A stretch of 64,000 nucleotides of DNA from Candidatus Poribacteria bacterium. Lineage in GTDB: Bacteria > Poribacteria > WGA-4E > WGA-3G. A model generated the notes under the pieces. The model was not told the DNA's origin, did no database searches, and saw only the letters and a program-made list of their open reading frames with translations. The first letter of the stretch is position 1, and the number at the start of each line of letters is the position of its first letter. A program made the position numbers and the translations under genes. Where the stretch lies: contig OZ244048.1 in assembly GCA_965215265.1 (NCBI GenBank), positions 4,192,001 through 4,256,000 of the forward strand. Reading direction: 5' to 3'. Positions 10,627 to 21,100 of this stretch are shown here, piece by piece.

Positions 10627-10774
10627 ACGGAGATATACGAAAGATCAAAACAAAAACCTTTCACGACAAACCTTCAAAAAAATCAGGGTAAGTGACGTTA
10701 GAAAACGGTGTTGACTTTTTTACAAAATATATTATCATATCTTTTAAGCCATAAAAGAGACAAAGGAGAAGAAA

Positions 10775-11776
10775 ATGCCCAATCGCGTCAGTCGAGAAAT
10801 TCATCTCAAGAACCGCATCATCGGTCTTCCCACAGAAAGTGATTTCGAACTTGTTGAAGTCACGATTCGTGAACCGGAGGAAGGCGAAGTATTCGTTCAA
10901 AATCTGTACACATCCGTAGATCCCTACATGCGAGGTGTGATGCGTTCTGCCGAGTTGGGGAAACCGTTAGAGGGCGGTTGTGTCGGCCAGATTGTAGAAT
11001 CAAATAGCCCGTCGTTTCAGCCGGGTGACTACGTCTCCGGAATGCTTGGTTGGCGAGACAGTTATGTTGCACAGGCGAAAGACGTAACTCACATTGATGT
11101 GACGATTGCTCCGATCCAATCCTTTTTAGGCGCGGTTGGAATGCCAGGGCGCACCGCCTACTTTGGCCTATTGGAAATAGGGCAACCTAAAGCAGGAGAA
11201 ACGGTTTTCGTTTCCGCCGCAACCGGGGCCGTCGGCTCTGTGGTTTGCCAAATTGCAAAAATTAAGGGATGCCGAGTGGTCGCCAGCACCGGCTCCGATC
11301 AGAAAGTCCAGTGGCTCATGGAGACAGCCGGTGCCGACGCGGCGTTTAACTATAAGCACGTCGATGACTTGGCAACTGAACTGCGGAAGCACTGCCCAGA
11401 CGGACTCGATGTCTACTTTGAAAATGTCGGAGGCAAACACCTAGAGGCTGCTCTTGCAGTCATGAACATGTACGGGCGGGTCGCCCTATGCGGGATGATC
11501 TCCCACTATAACGATATTGAACCAACACCGGGACCCTCAAATCTCAGTACTGCCATCGGCAAACGACTACGGCTAGAGGGTTTTATCGTCACAGATTTTA
11601 TGGAGCGCAACGTTGAATTTTATCGCGATATGCACGAGTGGATTAAGGCAGGAAAAATGAAGTGGGAGGAGACGGTTGTAAACGGCTTAGAGAATGCACC
11701 AAAGGCTTTTATCTCCCTTTTTACAGGTGAGAAATTTGGAAAAATCGTTGTCAAGGTTGAATCCGCATCCAGCTGA
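10775..11776 (+). CDS. NADP-dependent oxidoreductase (MDR, prostaglandin reductase/CurA-like)
   Basis: SVDPYMR, GMPGRTAYFGL, GAVGSVV, DVYFENVGG. Confidence 0.9.
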   Translation: MPNRVSREIHLKNRIIGLPTESDFELVEVTIREPEEGEVFVQNLYTSVDPYMRGVMRSAELGKPLEGGCVGQIVESNSPSFQPGDYVSGMLGWRDSYVAQAKDVTHIDVTIAPIQSFLGAVGMPGRTAYFGLLEIGQPKAGETVFVSAATGAVGSVVCQIAKIKGCRVVASTGSDQKVQWLMETAGADAAFNYKHVDDLATELRKHCPDGLDVYFENVGGKHLEAALAVMNMYGRVALCGMISHYNDIEPTPGPSNLSTAIGKRLRLEGFIVTDFMERNVEFYRDMHEWIKAGKMKWEETVVNGLENAPKAFISLFTGEKFGKIVVKVESASS

Positions 11777-11809
11777 AAACGCTATCGTCGCGTAAAGAGA
11801 CAAAAAACA

Positions 11810-12397
11810 GTGGATACTTTGCATAGCATCCGTCGCTCACTCCTAGAGAGCCGCGAAGTCCTCAATCAGTTTATCCAAAAACCGGAGAACCTCGCTATCA
11901 TCGCGCAAGCCGTAACACGGATACACGCCGTTTTTGAACGGCAAGGCAGAATCTTTACGTGTGGTAACGGCGGAAGCCTGTGCGATGCCATCCATTTTGC
12001 AGAAGAATGCAGCGGGAAGTTTCGCGACGAACGGAGACCGCTGCCAGCAATTGCACTCAGCGATGCAGGACATCTTACATGCACCGCTAACGATTTCGGA
12101 TTTGACGAGGTGTTTGCACGGCCCGTATTAGCTTTAGGGCACCCAGGCGACCTGCTTCTCGCACTCTCAACGAGCGGGAATTCCGCCAACGTCACCCGGG
12201 CAGCAGAAGCCGCCAAATCACGCGGCATGCACGTGCTCGGATTGCTCGGTAAGGATGGCGGTGTACTTAAAAACCACTGCGATATTTACCTTATTGCCCC
12301 GGGGCAGACCGCAGATCGGATTCAGGAAATCCATACTAAGGTGTTGCATATCCTCATTGAACACGTGGAACGATTGATGTTTCCGGAAAATTACTGA
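11810..12397 (+). CDS. gmhA: Phosphoheptose isomerase (SIS domain)
   Basis: CGNGGS, ANDFGFD, STSGNSANV, DRIQEIH. Confidence 0.9.
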   Translation: MDTLHSIRRSLLESREVLNQFIQKPENLAIIAQAVTRIHAVFERQGRIFTCGNGGSLCDAIHFAEECSGKFRDERRPLPAIALSDAGHLTCTANDFGFDEVFARPVLALGHPGDLLLALSTSGNSANVTRAAEAAKSRGMHVLGLLGKDGGVLKNHCDIYLIAPGQTADRIQEIHTKVLHILIEHVERLMFPENY

Positions 12398-12431
12398 ATA
12401 GCATCTTTTACTAACTAGCAAAGGAGACCTC

Positions 12432-12710
12432 GTGATGGAGACAACACAACTAAACCGGACCTATTGGCGAAAAAATCTACAGTATCTAGCTATTTTACCC
12501 GGACCCTGGTTTATAACCTCGTATCTCTGCTCAATTGTATTCGTTGAACAGTTAGACAAAATCCAAATCGGCGGTTACCGCCTCGGTTTCTACTTCGCAC
12601 AGCAGGCCTCGATATGGATTTTCGTCAGCCTGAGCTTTGTCTATGCAGGGTTGATGAACCGCTTAGAGAAAAAGCATCTAGGCAGTGAAGAAACAGAGGA
12701 AACTGAGTAG
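12432..12710 (+). CDS. DUF4212 small membrane protein (sodium:solute symporter small subunit)
   Basis: YWRKNL...LGFYFAQQASI..F..L.FVYA.LMNRLE. Confidence 0.8.
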   Translation: MMETTQLNRTYWRKNLQYLAILPGPWFITSYLCSIVFVEQLDKIQIGGYRLGFYFAQQASIWIFVSLSFVYAGLMNRLEKKHLGSEETEETE

Positions 12711-12732
12711 ATATGAACGTACAAGCAATGAT

Positions 12733-12894
12733 TTTTCGCCTACTGCAGCACTAGACTAATTAATGTAATGTAAACCCTAGCACAAATCTCGTCTGAGCCC
12801 TTCGAGGTCTAGAATCTAAACAGAGAAAGCCTCCGACGAGATTTACACACGAATACTCACAACATAAACGTTAACGGTACGGAGATATACAAAA
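12733..12894 (+). repeat. Complete palindromic repeat element (left arm, core, right arm)
   Basis: TTTCGCCTACTGC...ACAAATCTCGTCTGAG...CTCCGACGAGATTTACAC...GGAGATATACAAAA. Confidence 0.85.
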
Positions 12895-13054
12895 CTTCAT
12901 TGTTTCCATCGGAGTTTCAGCCTTCACACCCCACCACCGGACGAAGTGCGAGAACTCGTCGAGGAGATCCGACTTCCTTAAAAACTGGCAGCACGCATCT
13001 GTTCAATATGCGCGTAAATATCTGCGTAAAAGAAATCTAAGTAGAGGTACTTCA

Positions 13055-14713
13055 ATGAGACAAAAACTGATACCGACGATTCTTATTCTCAGCGGCATCC
13101 TGCTTTTAGCAATATTAGCAAACGCAGCAAAAGTTAAAGACTTTATTCCGAAAGAGACCGCACTCTATCTGAAATTACAAGATATTGACGAAGCATACGC
13201 CGCACTCGGTAGGTCTGAAAACTGGAAAAAAGTGCACACACTCTTGCAAGATACCGCCCCAGAAGTACAGCAAGGACTCACAACAGCACTCACACTGTTC
13301 GGGACTGACTTGCCAACCTTGATCGGGAGCATAGGCTACCGGACAGGAATAGCGATCTGGAAAAATGAAACGAGCGAACTTCAAATGGGGTTCGTTGTCC
13401 ATTCTGGTGGGCATATAGGCGAACTCCAACGGTTGACTAAAATCCTCACCGGTATGATAGGCATGCAGGCTAACAATACGCTACAGCCCGAAGCCGGAGA
13501 ATATAGAAAAGTTAAATACGGTACCCTCGAATTGCCCGGGCAACTCATCAGCTACGGATTTGTAGATGAATTTTTGGTTGCAGGTATTGGCGATGGAAGT
13601 TTTGAGAAACTGATTGATACCTTCCAAAAAAGCACACCGTCTATTGCAAAAAAGCCAGAATTTGCCGCCGGTAAAAAATTAGATTCTGGACAAGTTATAG
13701 CGTTTGCCAATGTTCAAGAGATACTGCCATTAATCAGAGAACTAGATGAGATTGAGCAAGCACAATTCTCCATTTTTCAAACTGTGTTTGGAAGGCTCAA
13801 TTTATTGGAGACTGGGCCGGTGCTTGAGGTGACTGCACAATTTCGGCAAAACTCGCAAGAAGATGCCGAACACCCAGAAAACATTATTGGGCTTTTTTTG
13901 AAGGAAGGGGCACCTCTCAAAACGCTCAATGCGGTGTCAAGGCACACAGATCTATTTATTGCTGTTGCCCCTGCAATTTTGGAGGCAGCCTGGCAACTTG
14001 TGCGCAACCATCTCGAAAAAGACGCTACAAATGACACCCATGCAGCGATGACGTTTATTGAAGGGTTTTTGAATCTGAATTTTGAAGAAGATGTCGTGGC
14101 TGGAGTCACCGGCGAATTGGCACTCTCTGCATCTGATTTAACCCAATTTAATCCAGAGGCATTGGATAACCTCAATTTAAACTTTGATAATGGAACATTT
14201 GAACCTGATGCCGGACAGGTGGATACACAATTCTGCTTCGTTTTCAACCCAAGTTACCCCGTAAAATGGAATCAGGTAGGCAACAGTCTTGCCAATTTAC
14301 AGAACGTCTCTGTAATTCAATCCGATTATAGAGGCTCAACGGTGTCTGAGTTTGCTGAAAATATCTACTACGGTGAGACAGCCGGTATGTCTCTTTTAGG
14401 TTTTTCTGAAGACGAGATACACGTAGTGATTGACACGAGCATGGAAAAAAAGCAACCCGCACATTTAAAGCAGTTGCCTAAATCACCCACAGCCGTTGTG
14501 CAGCTCAACGTCGCACGACTCTTAGAAATCAACCGAGGCATACCACCAACAGAACGATTCATTGCAGATGCGTCAGAAATTATGCCCTTGCTGGCATGGG
14601 TTTCAGTAAAAGACCAGACTGCACTTTTAACAGTAACACTATCAGACAAAGAGATACCTATTGAGGTTCTTGCGAAACTAGCACCCTTTGTCGTAGGGAG
14701 TCTAAACAAATAG
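13055..14713 (+). CDS. Hypothetical secreted protein (possibly DUF3352-like)
   Basis: 552-aa ORF with an N-terminal signal peptide (ANA|A) and upstream GAGG RBS. Confidence 0.65.
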   Translation: MRQKLIPTILILSGILLLAILANAAKVKDFIPKETALYLKLQDIDEAYAALGRSENWKKVHTLLQDTAPEVQQGLTTALTLFGTDLPTLIGSIGYRTGIAIWKNETSELQMGFVVHSGGHIGELQRLTKILTGMIGMQANNTLQPEAGEYRKVKYGTLELPGQLISYGFVDEFLVAGIGDGSFEKLIDTFQKSTPSIAKKPEFAAGKKLDSGQVIAFANVQEILPLIRELDEIEQAQFSIFQTVFGRLNLLETGPVLEVTAQFRQNSQEDAEHPENIIGLFLKEGAPLKTLNAVSRHTDLFIAVAPAILEAAWQLVRNHLEKDATNDTHAAMTFIEGFLNLNFEEDVVAGVTGELALSASDLTQFNPEALDNLNLNFDNGTFEPDAGQVDTQFCFVFNPSYPVKWNQVGNSLANLQNVSVIQSDYRGSTVSEFAENIYYGETAGMSLLGFSEDEIHVVIDTSMEKKQPAHLKQLPKSPTAVVQLNVARLLEINRGIPPTERFIADASEIMPLLAWVSVKDQTALLTVTLSDKEIPIEVLAKLAPFVVGSLNK

Positions 14714-14772
14714 CGGTTAATCCTACCTATATAGGCGGGATGTGACATCTCGCCGCATCCGGAGTATTTAGC

Positions 14773-15585
14773 ATGATTGATGTCTGTTTTTTTGCTGATG
14801 AAATTTCCAAAACCGATTTTGAAGAAGCCGTCAAGCTTGGTGTTGAAGCCGGCGCAAATACCGTGGAAGTCCGAGGTGGTGTCTGGGGCAAACACGTTAC
14901 CGAAATTGACGACGACGATGTGAAGCGCGCACAGGATGTGCTGAGCACCTACAACGTCCGTGTCGCCAGCATCGGCTCACCGTTCGGCAAATGCGCTATA
15001 GACAATCCGAAAGAATATGAGCAGCACCTCCGTTATTTTGACCGGATGGTTGAACTCGCGCATGCCTTTGATACGAACATAATTCGAGGCTTTGCATTTT
15101 GGAATCCCAATCGAAGAGTTAAAGGGGCACCGCGCCCTGATATTAACGACTATCTGGAGGACATCGCGGAGAAACTCGCACCAGTCGTCCCAATTGCCGA
15201 GAGCGCGAAGGTCACACTCTCCTTTGAAAATGAAAACGCAACACTCGCCGGAACCTGTGAGGAGACGCGCACTGTCATCAATGCACTCGGCAATAGTTCC
15301 GCGCTAACTTCCTGCTGGGATGTCAATAACGGGTTGCATTGCGGAGAAAACCCTCTCCCGGATGGCTACGCTCACATCAAAGGACTCGTGACGCACGTCC
15401 ACGTCAAACCTAACACTCAAAAAAAACTTAATCCTATTGGAGAAACCGGATTACAATATGAACAACTCTTAGAAACGCTCGCCGCAGACGGATTTACCGG
15501 GGCAGCGAGTATTGAGCACTGGGGCACACCAGAGCAGATGCTAGCAGGTGTCCGTCAACTCCGCGCAGTCGTTGACGCGATGTAA
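14773..15585 (+). CDS. Sugar phosphate isomerase/epimerase (xylose isomerase-like TIM barrel)
   Basis: IGSPFGK, FENE, WDVNN, HVHVK, SIEH. Confidence 0.85.
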   Translation: MIDVCFFADEISKTDFEEAVKLGVEAGANTVEVRGGVWGKHVTEIDDDDVKRAQDVLSTYNVRVASIGSPFGKCAIDNPKEYEQHLRYFDRMVELAHAFDTNIIRGFAFWNPNRRVKGAPRPDINDYLEDIAEKLAPVVPIAESAKVTLSFENENATLAGTCEETRTVINALGNSSALTSCWDVNNGLHCGENPLPDGYAHIKGLVTHVHVKPNTQKKLNPIGETGLQYEQLLETLAADGFTGAASIEHWGTPEQMLAGVRQLRAVVDAM

Positions 15586-15591
15586 CCAAAG

Positions 15592-16593
15592 ATGAGAACC
15601 CTGAACATGAAAATAAAACCGGACTATGCAAACCTCAATTGGCAAGGGGCCATTTCCCTTCAGAAGGCAACAGACTGGGTGATGCCGTGGCGCACACCGC
15701 ATCCAGAACATCTCTTATTTCCTGAACCGTTGCTCGAACGTTCGGCGATGCCTGCCGGCGTTCGCATCAGTTTTAAAAGTGATACAACGCACATCGCAGG
15801 CAGCATTGTCCCGCAACTCGAAAGCGGCACCCTTGATCTCTGTTGTGATAGCGAATTTATAGCAGGTTACGAGTTAGCCGGAAAAGAGCGTTTTGTATTT
15901 GAGAACCTACCGGCGAAACCAAAATTGATTGAATTGTGGCTGCCCCAATACGGCACCTTTCAACTCCGAAGTTTGGAAATCGATGACGGCGCAACGTTGG
16001 AAGCCTTCACCGACTCTCGTCCGAAATGGATTACCTACGGCAGCTCCATAACGCAATGCCGAGCGGCAGCCTCACCTACACAGACATGGCCGGCCATTGT
16101 CGCACGCGAACACGGGCTCAATTTAACCTGTCTCGGCTATGGTGGACAGTGTCATCTTGATGCAATGGTGTCGCGAATGATTCGTGACAGCTCCGCAGAT
16201 TACCTCTCTATGTGTCTCGGAATCAACATCCAAGGCGCATCAAGCTTAGGACCGCGCGCGTTCCGACCAGCGATTATCGGGGCAGTGCAGATTCTTCGAG
16301 AGAAGCACCCAGATACGCCCCTCGTGCTAATGTCACCAATTTATTCCGAACCCAGAGAAGAAACACCAAACGCCGTCGGATTCCATCTCAAAAAGATGCG
16401 TGAAGAAGTTCAAGAAGCCGCTGAAACCCTTCAAACATACGGAGACCGGAACCTCCATTACGTGGACGGCCTAGACGTGTTCGGAACCGATTATGCACAT
16501 CTGCTCCCAGATGACCTTCACCCCGATGCAGAAGGCTATCGTACAATGGGCAGGAATTTCTTAGAGCAGGTGGCGCGCAAATTTTTCATTTGA
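15592..16593 (+). CDS. SGNH/GDSL hydrolase family protein
   Basis: YGSSITQ, LGYGGQC, GIN, DDLHP. Confidence 0.85.
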   Translation: MRTLNMKIKPDYANLNWQGAISLQKATDWVMPWRTPHPEHLLFPEPLLERSAMPAGVRISFKSDTTHIAGSIVPQLESGTLDLCCDSEFIAGYELAGKERFVFENLPAKPKLIELWLPQYGTFQLRSLEIDDGATLEAFTDSRPKWITYGSSITQCRAAASPTQTWPAIVAREHGLNLTCLGYGGQCHLDAMVSRMIRDSSADYLSMCLGINIQGASSLGPRAFRPAIIGAVQILREKHPDTPLVLMSPIYSEPREETPNAVGFHLKKMREEVQEAAETLQTYGDRNLHYVDGLDVFGTDYAHLLPDDLHPDAEGYRTMGRNFLEQVARKFFI

Positions 16594-16834
16594 AACATTC
16601 AAACTTTGACTGATTCAAAGATCCGGTTGCAAAGAAATCCTATTGCCACACAACCGATGATCGAATAAACTGAAAATTGTGGTATTTTCGGACAGAATCT
16701 GTTAGAATTATACAAAGACATTAAATGCCGAAACAAAAGCAGAACAGGTTAAGGGAAGAGAGAACCTTGTTGAAACGATAATCGCCATCGTTCAACATGT
16801 CTTAACGCTAGTTACGCATCCAGGAGGAATCTCC

Positions 16835-17551
16835 ATGAAAGCGACAACGTATTGTTTACTCGTTATGACTGTAATGTTTATTGCACCTGCACTTTTCGCA
16901 CTGCATGAAGATCAACAGGGACCCGAGAAATTCGGAAGATACGAGTTTAAGGAACAGGATATCAAGGCAGCGACAGATGCCTGCGAAGCAGACGGGAAAC
17001 CAGGACCTGAATTCGTACCGACGGTTCGCGATAATGAACCCAACTTAGCGCTACTCAAAGATGCGAAAGCCGAGGTATCTTCTCAATTGGAGGGATGGTG
17101 CCCCCGACGGCACTGCATCGAATATCTCAACGACGGATTTTATAATAACTGCCGCAGCTGGATCATTGGTGCAATACCCGGCTGGGCACAGATTGACATC
17201 GGGGATGTCGCGAATGTCAACCGTATCTTTTTCGGCAGTGACCACTCGCAAGGATTTAACGACCGGACAACTGCTGATTTTGATATCCTCGTGGCAACCA
17301 CGAAGGCAGATGCAAACTCAGATGCAAACACGTGGAAGAAGGTTTATACCCATAAGAATGGCCCAGTCAGCAAGACAACAGAGTTTACATTCAAGGATGT
17401 GGAAGCACGATGGGTGCGTATCCATATCCGCGCGAATGGCGGCGCACGGATTGATGAACTCGAAATTTATGGAGGCAAAGACCCCATGCCTGTTAAGCCC
17501 GCAGCGAAACTAACCACAACCTGGGGCAACGTAAAAAACTTCTTGCCATAA
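16835..17551 (+). CDS. Secreted discoidin/F5-8 type C-like domain protein with C-terminal TWG motif
   Basis: Signal peptide, WAQIDIG, ARWVRIHI..IDELEIYG, ends VKPAAKLTTTWGNVK. Confidence 0.7.
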   Translation: MKATTYCLLVMTVMFIAPALFALHEDQQGPEKFGRYEFKEQDIKAATDACEADGKPGPEFVPTVRDNEPNLALLKDAKAEVSSQLEGWCPRRHCIEYLNDGFYNNCRSWIIGAIPGWAQIDIGDVANVNRIFFGSDHSQGFNDRTTADFDILVATTKADANSDANTWKKVYTHKNGPVSKTTEFTFKDVEARWVRIHIRANGGARIDELEIYGGKDPMPVKPAAKLTTTWGNVKNFLP

Positions 17552-17647
17552 CAATCTATACGGAAATTAGAATGCGACACGCTATCTTTTTCATACTCGT
17601 GAGGCCCGTCGGAACGGTTTCCGCTGATATTCTTTTTCATGACGAGA

Positions 17648-18047
17648 TTTTTAGTATATTTTAGTACAATAAAGGCTGCTGCAAGGTTTAACCTTAGCAT
17701 AAACCTCACCAGAGCCGTTTGGTGTTATGATTTTAAAGACTATACCCAGAGAGTCTCCTACGAAATTTACATCGGAGCGTTTAAACATAACCTTTGACGG
17801 TACGGAGATATACGAAAGATCAAAGCATAAACGGTGATGGTACGAAGATATACAAAAGATTGAATCTAAACATCGGAAACCTCCGACGAGATTTACACAC
17901 GAATACTCACAACATAAACGCCGACGGTACGAAGAGATACAAAAGATTGAATCTAAACATCGGAAACCTCCGACGAGATTTACACGCGAGTTGTCAATAC
18001 CTAAGCGTTGATGGTACGGAGATATACGAAAACGGAGATATACGAAA
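17648..18047 (+). repeat. Palindromic repeat element with multiple right arms
   Basis: AAAGGCTGCTGC left arm; repeated CTCCGACGAGATTTACAC...GGTACG[G/A]AGATATAC. Confidence 0.85.
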
Positions 18048-18133
18048 GAAGGAGGCAATGTTTCATAGTGGACAGCATACACCAATCAAGTTTAGAACGA
18101 AACCCGCAGATCCGCTTCGTGCAGAATTTGCGA

Positions 18134-21100
18134 ATGCTAGCATATAATTCCGTCAGAGGCCCCTTAGTGCTCCTGTTTCTACTAGGCATAGTCGCGCAAT
18201 CCGCCGATGCCGAACGGATTTACTTCGACCGGGATATCCGCCCCATTTTGGCAGATAAGTGCTACGCCTGCCACGGTCCAGATCCCGCACAACGCCAAGC
18301 TGAGCTAAGACTTGACACGAAGGAGGAGGCATTCTCCGCACCCAGTGGATATCCAATTATTGTGCCAGGGGATATAGAAAATAGTGAGCTCGTCAGACGG
18401 ATTACACATCCAGATCCCGCACAGCGGATGCCCCCCCAGACCTCAAATCGCCAGCCAACCCAGACGCAAATTAACACCCTTATACAATGGATTAAACAAG
18501 GCGCAGAATGGGAGGAGCATTGGGTCTACAAATTGCCACAGCACGTTGAGCCACCCAACCTGCAAAACAGCGAGTGGGGGCGAAACCGCATTGATGAATT
18601 TATACTCGGAAGATTGGAAGCTGAAGCACTTAAACCATCAGCAGAAGCAGACAAACGCACCCTCATCCGCCGGCTATACTCTGATCTTACCGGGCTGCTG
18701 CCTAAACCTACCGAAGTCGATCGGTTCGTAAAAGATGAACACCCGAAGGCTTATGAACAACTTGTCAACAGGTTGCTATCTGCACCACAATATGGCGAAC
18801 GGATGGCAACTTACTGGCTCGATCTGGTCCGTTACGCCGATACCAGCGGATACCACGCTGATGAGAACGTTAGCACCTGGCCCTATCGCGACTACGTAAT
18901 TCGTGCCTTTAATGAAAATATGCCCTTTGATCAATTCACTTTGGAAAATCTTGCCGGAGACCTAATGCCTAACCCTACCCTCCAGCAGAAGGTTGCATCA
19001 GGCTACAACCGCCTCAACCAGACAACTTCAGAGGGCGGTGCCCAGGCAAAGGAGTACCTCGCTATTTACGCCGCCGATCGCGTCCGAACCACAGCCTCTG
19101 TCTGGCTCGGCGCTACGCTCGGATGCGCACAGTGCCACGACCACAAATTTGATCCATACACCGCAAAAGATTTTTACAGCTTCGCAGCTTTCTTTGCTGA
19201 TGTTGAGGGACCCGGTGTATACGGCGGACGCAGCAAATGGCTCCCAATTGTCATGCTACCTACACCTGAACAGCAGGCAGTCATCCAAGAAATTGACCAC
19301 GAATTAGCAAAATTGAGAAAGGTGTTCGAAGCATCATCACCAGCATTAGAAGCAGAACAGGCACGTTGGGAGACTCAAATTCTTTCGCAGCTCTCTTCAA
19401 ACGAGAAAGCTGACTTCGCATGGGTAGACGATGCACAAGCCAACGGCGGCAGGACCGAAGGCAAGTGGAATTTTGTTCCCCAAAATGAAGCACCGGTTTT
19501 CAGCAAGCAGTTCTCGCGTCAGCAGAAAGCATCCGCTGAACAGACGCTCCAGCACAGCTTCCGCGGGGCGAATCGTACATTCACCTTGGCTGAAGGAGAC
19601 CGGCTGTTTGCCTACATCTGGATAGACACCGAAAATCCACCCAAAACCCTCATGCTCCAATGGAATGACGGCGATTGGGAGCACCGAGCATTCTGGGGTG
19701 AAGATAAAATTAACTTTGGCGAAATAGGAACCGATACACCCGCCCACAAACCGATGGGCAATCTGCCAACCGCAGGAAAATGGGTAAGACTTGAAGTAGC
19801 TCCAGCAGACATTGGACTGGAGCCCGGAAATGTCTTAAACGGTATGGCGTTCGCTCAATTGGGCGGCACCGTCTATTGGGATGTCGCAGGCATCGCCACA
19901 ACGCGCGGCTCGGCGGTTAAACATACCCACACGGAAAAGGTGATTGAGACAATTCAGGTAGATGCCGCTGTCAGAACCACACGGCAACGCAAACAAATTG
20001 CCGACGAGTACCGCCGCACCACACCTGCACTTGATGGAATACGGAATCAGATCGCCGATTTAGAGAAACGGAGAACTGATACTGAATCACAGAGCCCATA
20101 CTCGTTGACAACCGTATCAGTGCAACCACGTACAACGCGCGTACTGCCGAGAGGAAATTGGATGGACGATTCCGGTGAAATCGTTGAGCCGACAGTACCG
20201 GAATTCCTTGGCGACTTAGGTATCAAAAACCGCCGCCCGACTCGCCTGGACCTCGCCAACTGGATTGTGTCAAAGGAAAATCCACTGACGGCACGCGCGT
20301 TTGTGAATCGTCTCTGGGCACTCTTCTTCGGCACGGGGCTCTCACGCGTACTAGATGATCTCGGCGCACAAGGCGAATCTCCCGTCCATCCCGAGCTCCT
20401 CGATTGGCTCGCTGTCGAATTTATGGAGAATGGGTGGAATGTCAAACACATCGTCAAACTCATCGTAACCTCTAATACATACCGCCAATCTTCAAAAATG
20501 ACTGATGAATTGTATGAAAGGGATGCTTACAACCGCCTCTTAGCACGCCAGTCTCACTGGAGACTCAGCGCAGAATTCGTCCGAGATAATGCACTGCTCT
20601 TGAGTGGGCTGCTTGTCCCTAGAATTGGCGGACCGAGCGTAAGACCTTATCAGCCAAAAGGCTACTACGCAAACCTCAATTTCCCCAAACGCACCTACCT
20701 TCACGACAAAGGTGAAAGCCAGTACCGCCGCGGGCTTTATACGCATTGGCAGCGGACTTTCTTGCACCCAAGCTTGATGGCGTTTGATGCACCAAGCCGA
20801 CAGGAATGCACCGCCGAGCGCGCAACGTCTAATACACCGATGCAGGCACTCACACTGCTTAATGACCCAACCTACGTCGAGGCAGCACGCGTATTCGCAG
20901 CACGGATCATTAAAGAGGGCGGACAAACCGTGCCCGAGCGAATCAACTGGGCATACCAAGCCGCTTTATCTCGTCTACCGCAGCCCCAAGAATTCGAGGT
21001 TATAACGACACTCTACGAAAAGCACAGCAGCGATTACACGAGTCATCAAGACGCTGCAAAGAGTTTCGTCGCAACCGGCGAATCACCTGCAACGGAAGGG

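Noticed and set aside
17651-18147. ORFs 17651..18085(-) and 17794..18147(+), and similar short ORFs at 21339, 21507, 33711 and 48972
   Set aside because: They are translations of the repeat family (LRRDLHT / ISPYHQRL) with no independent coding evidence.
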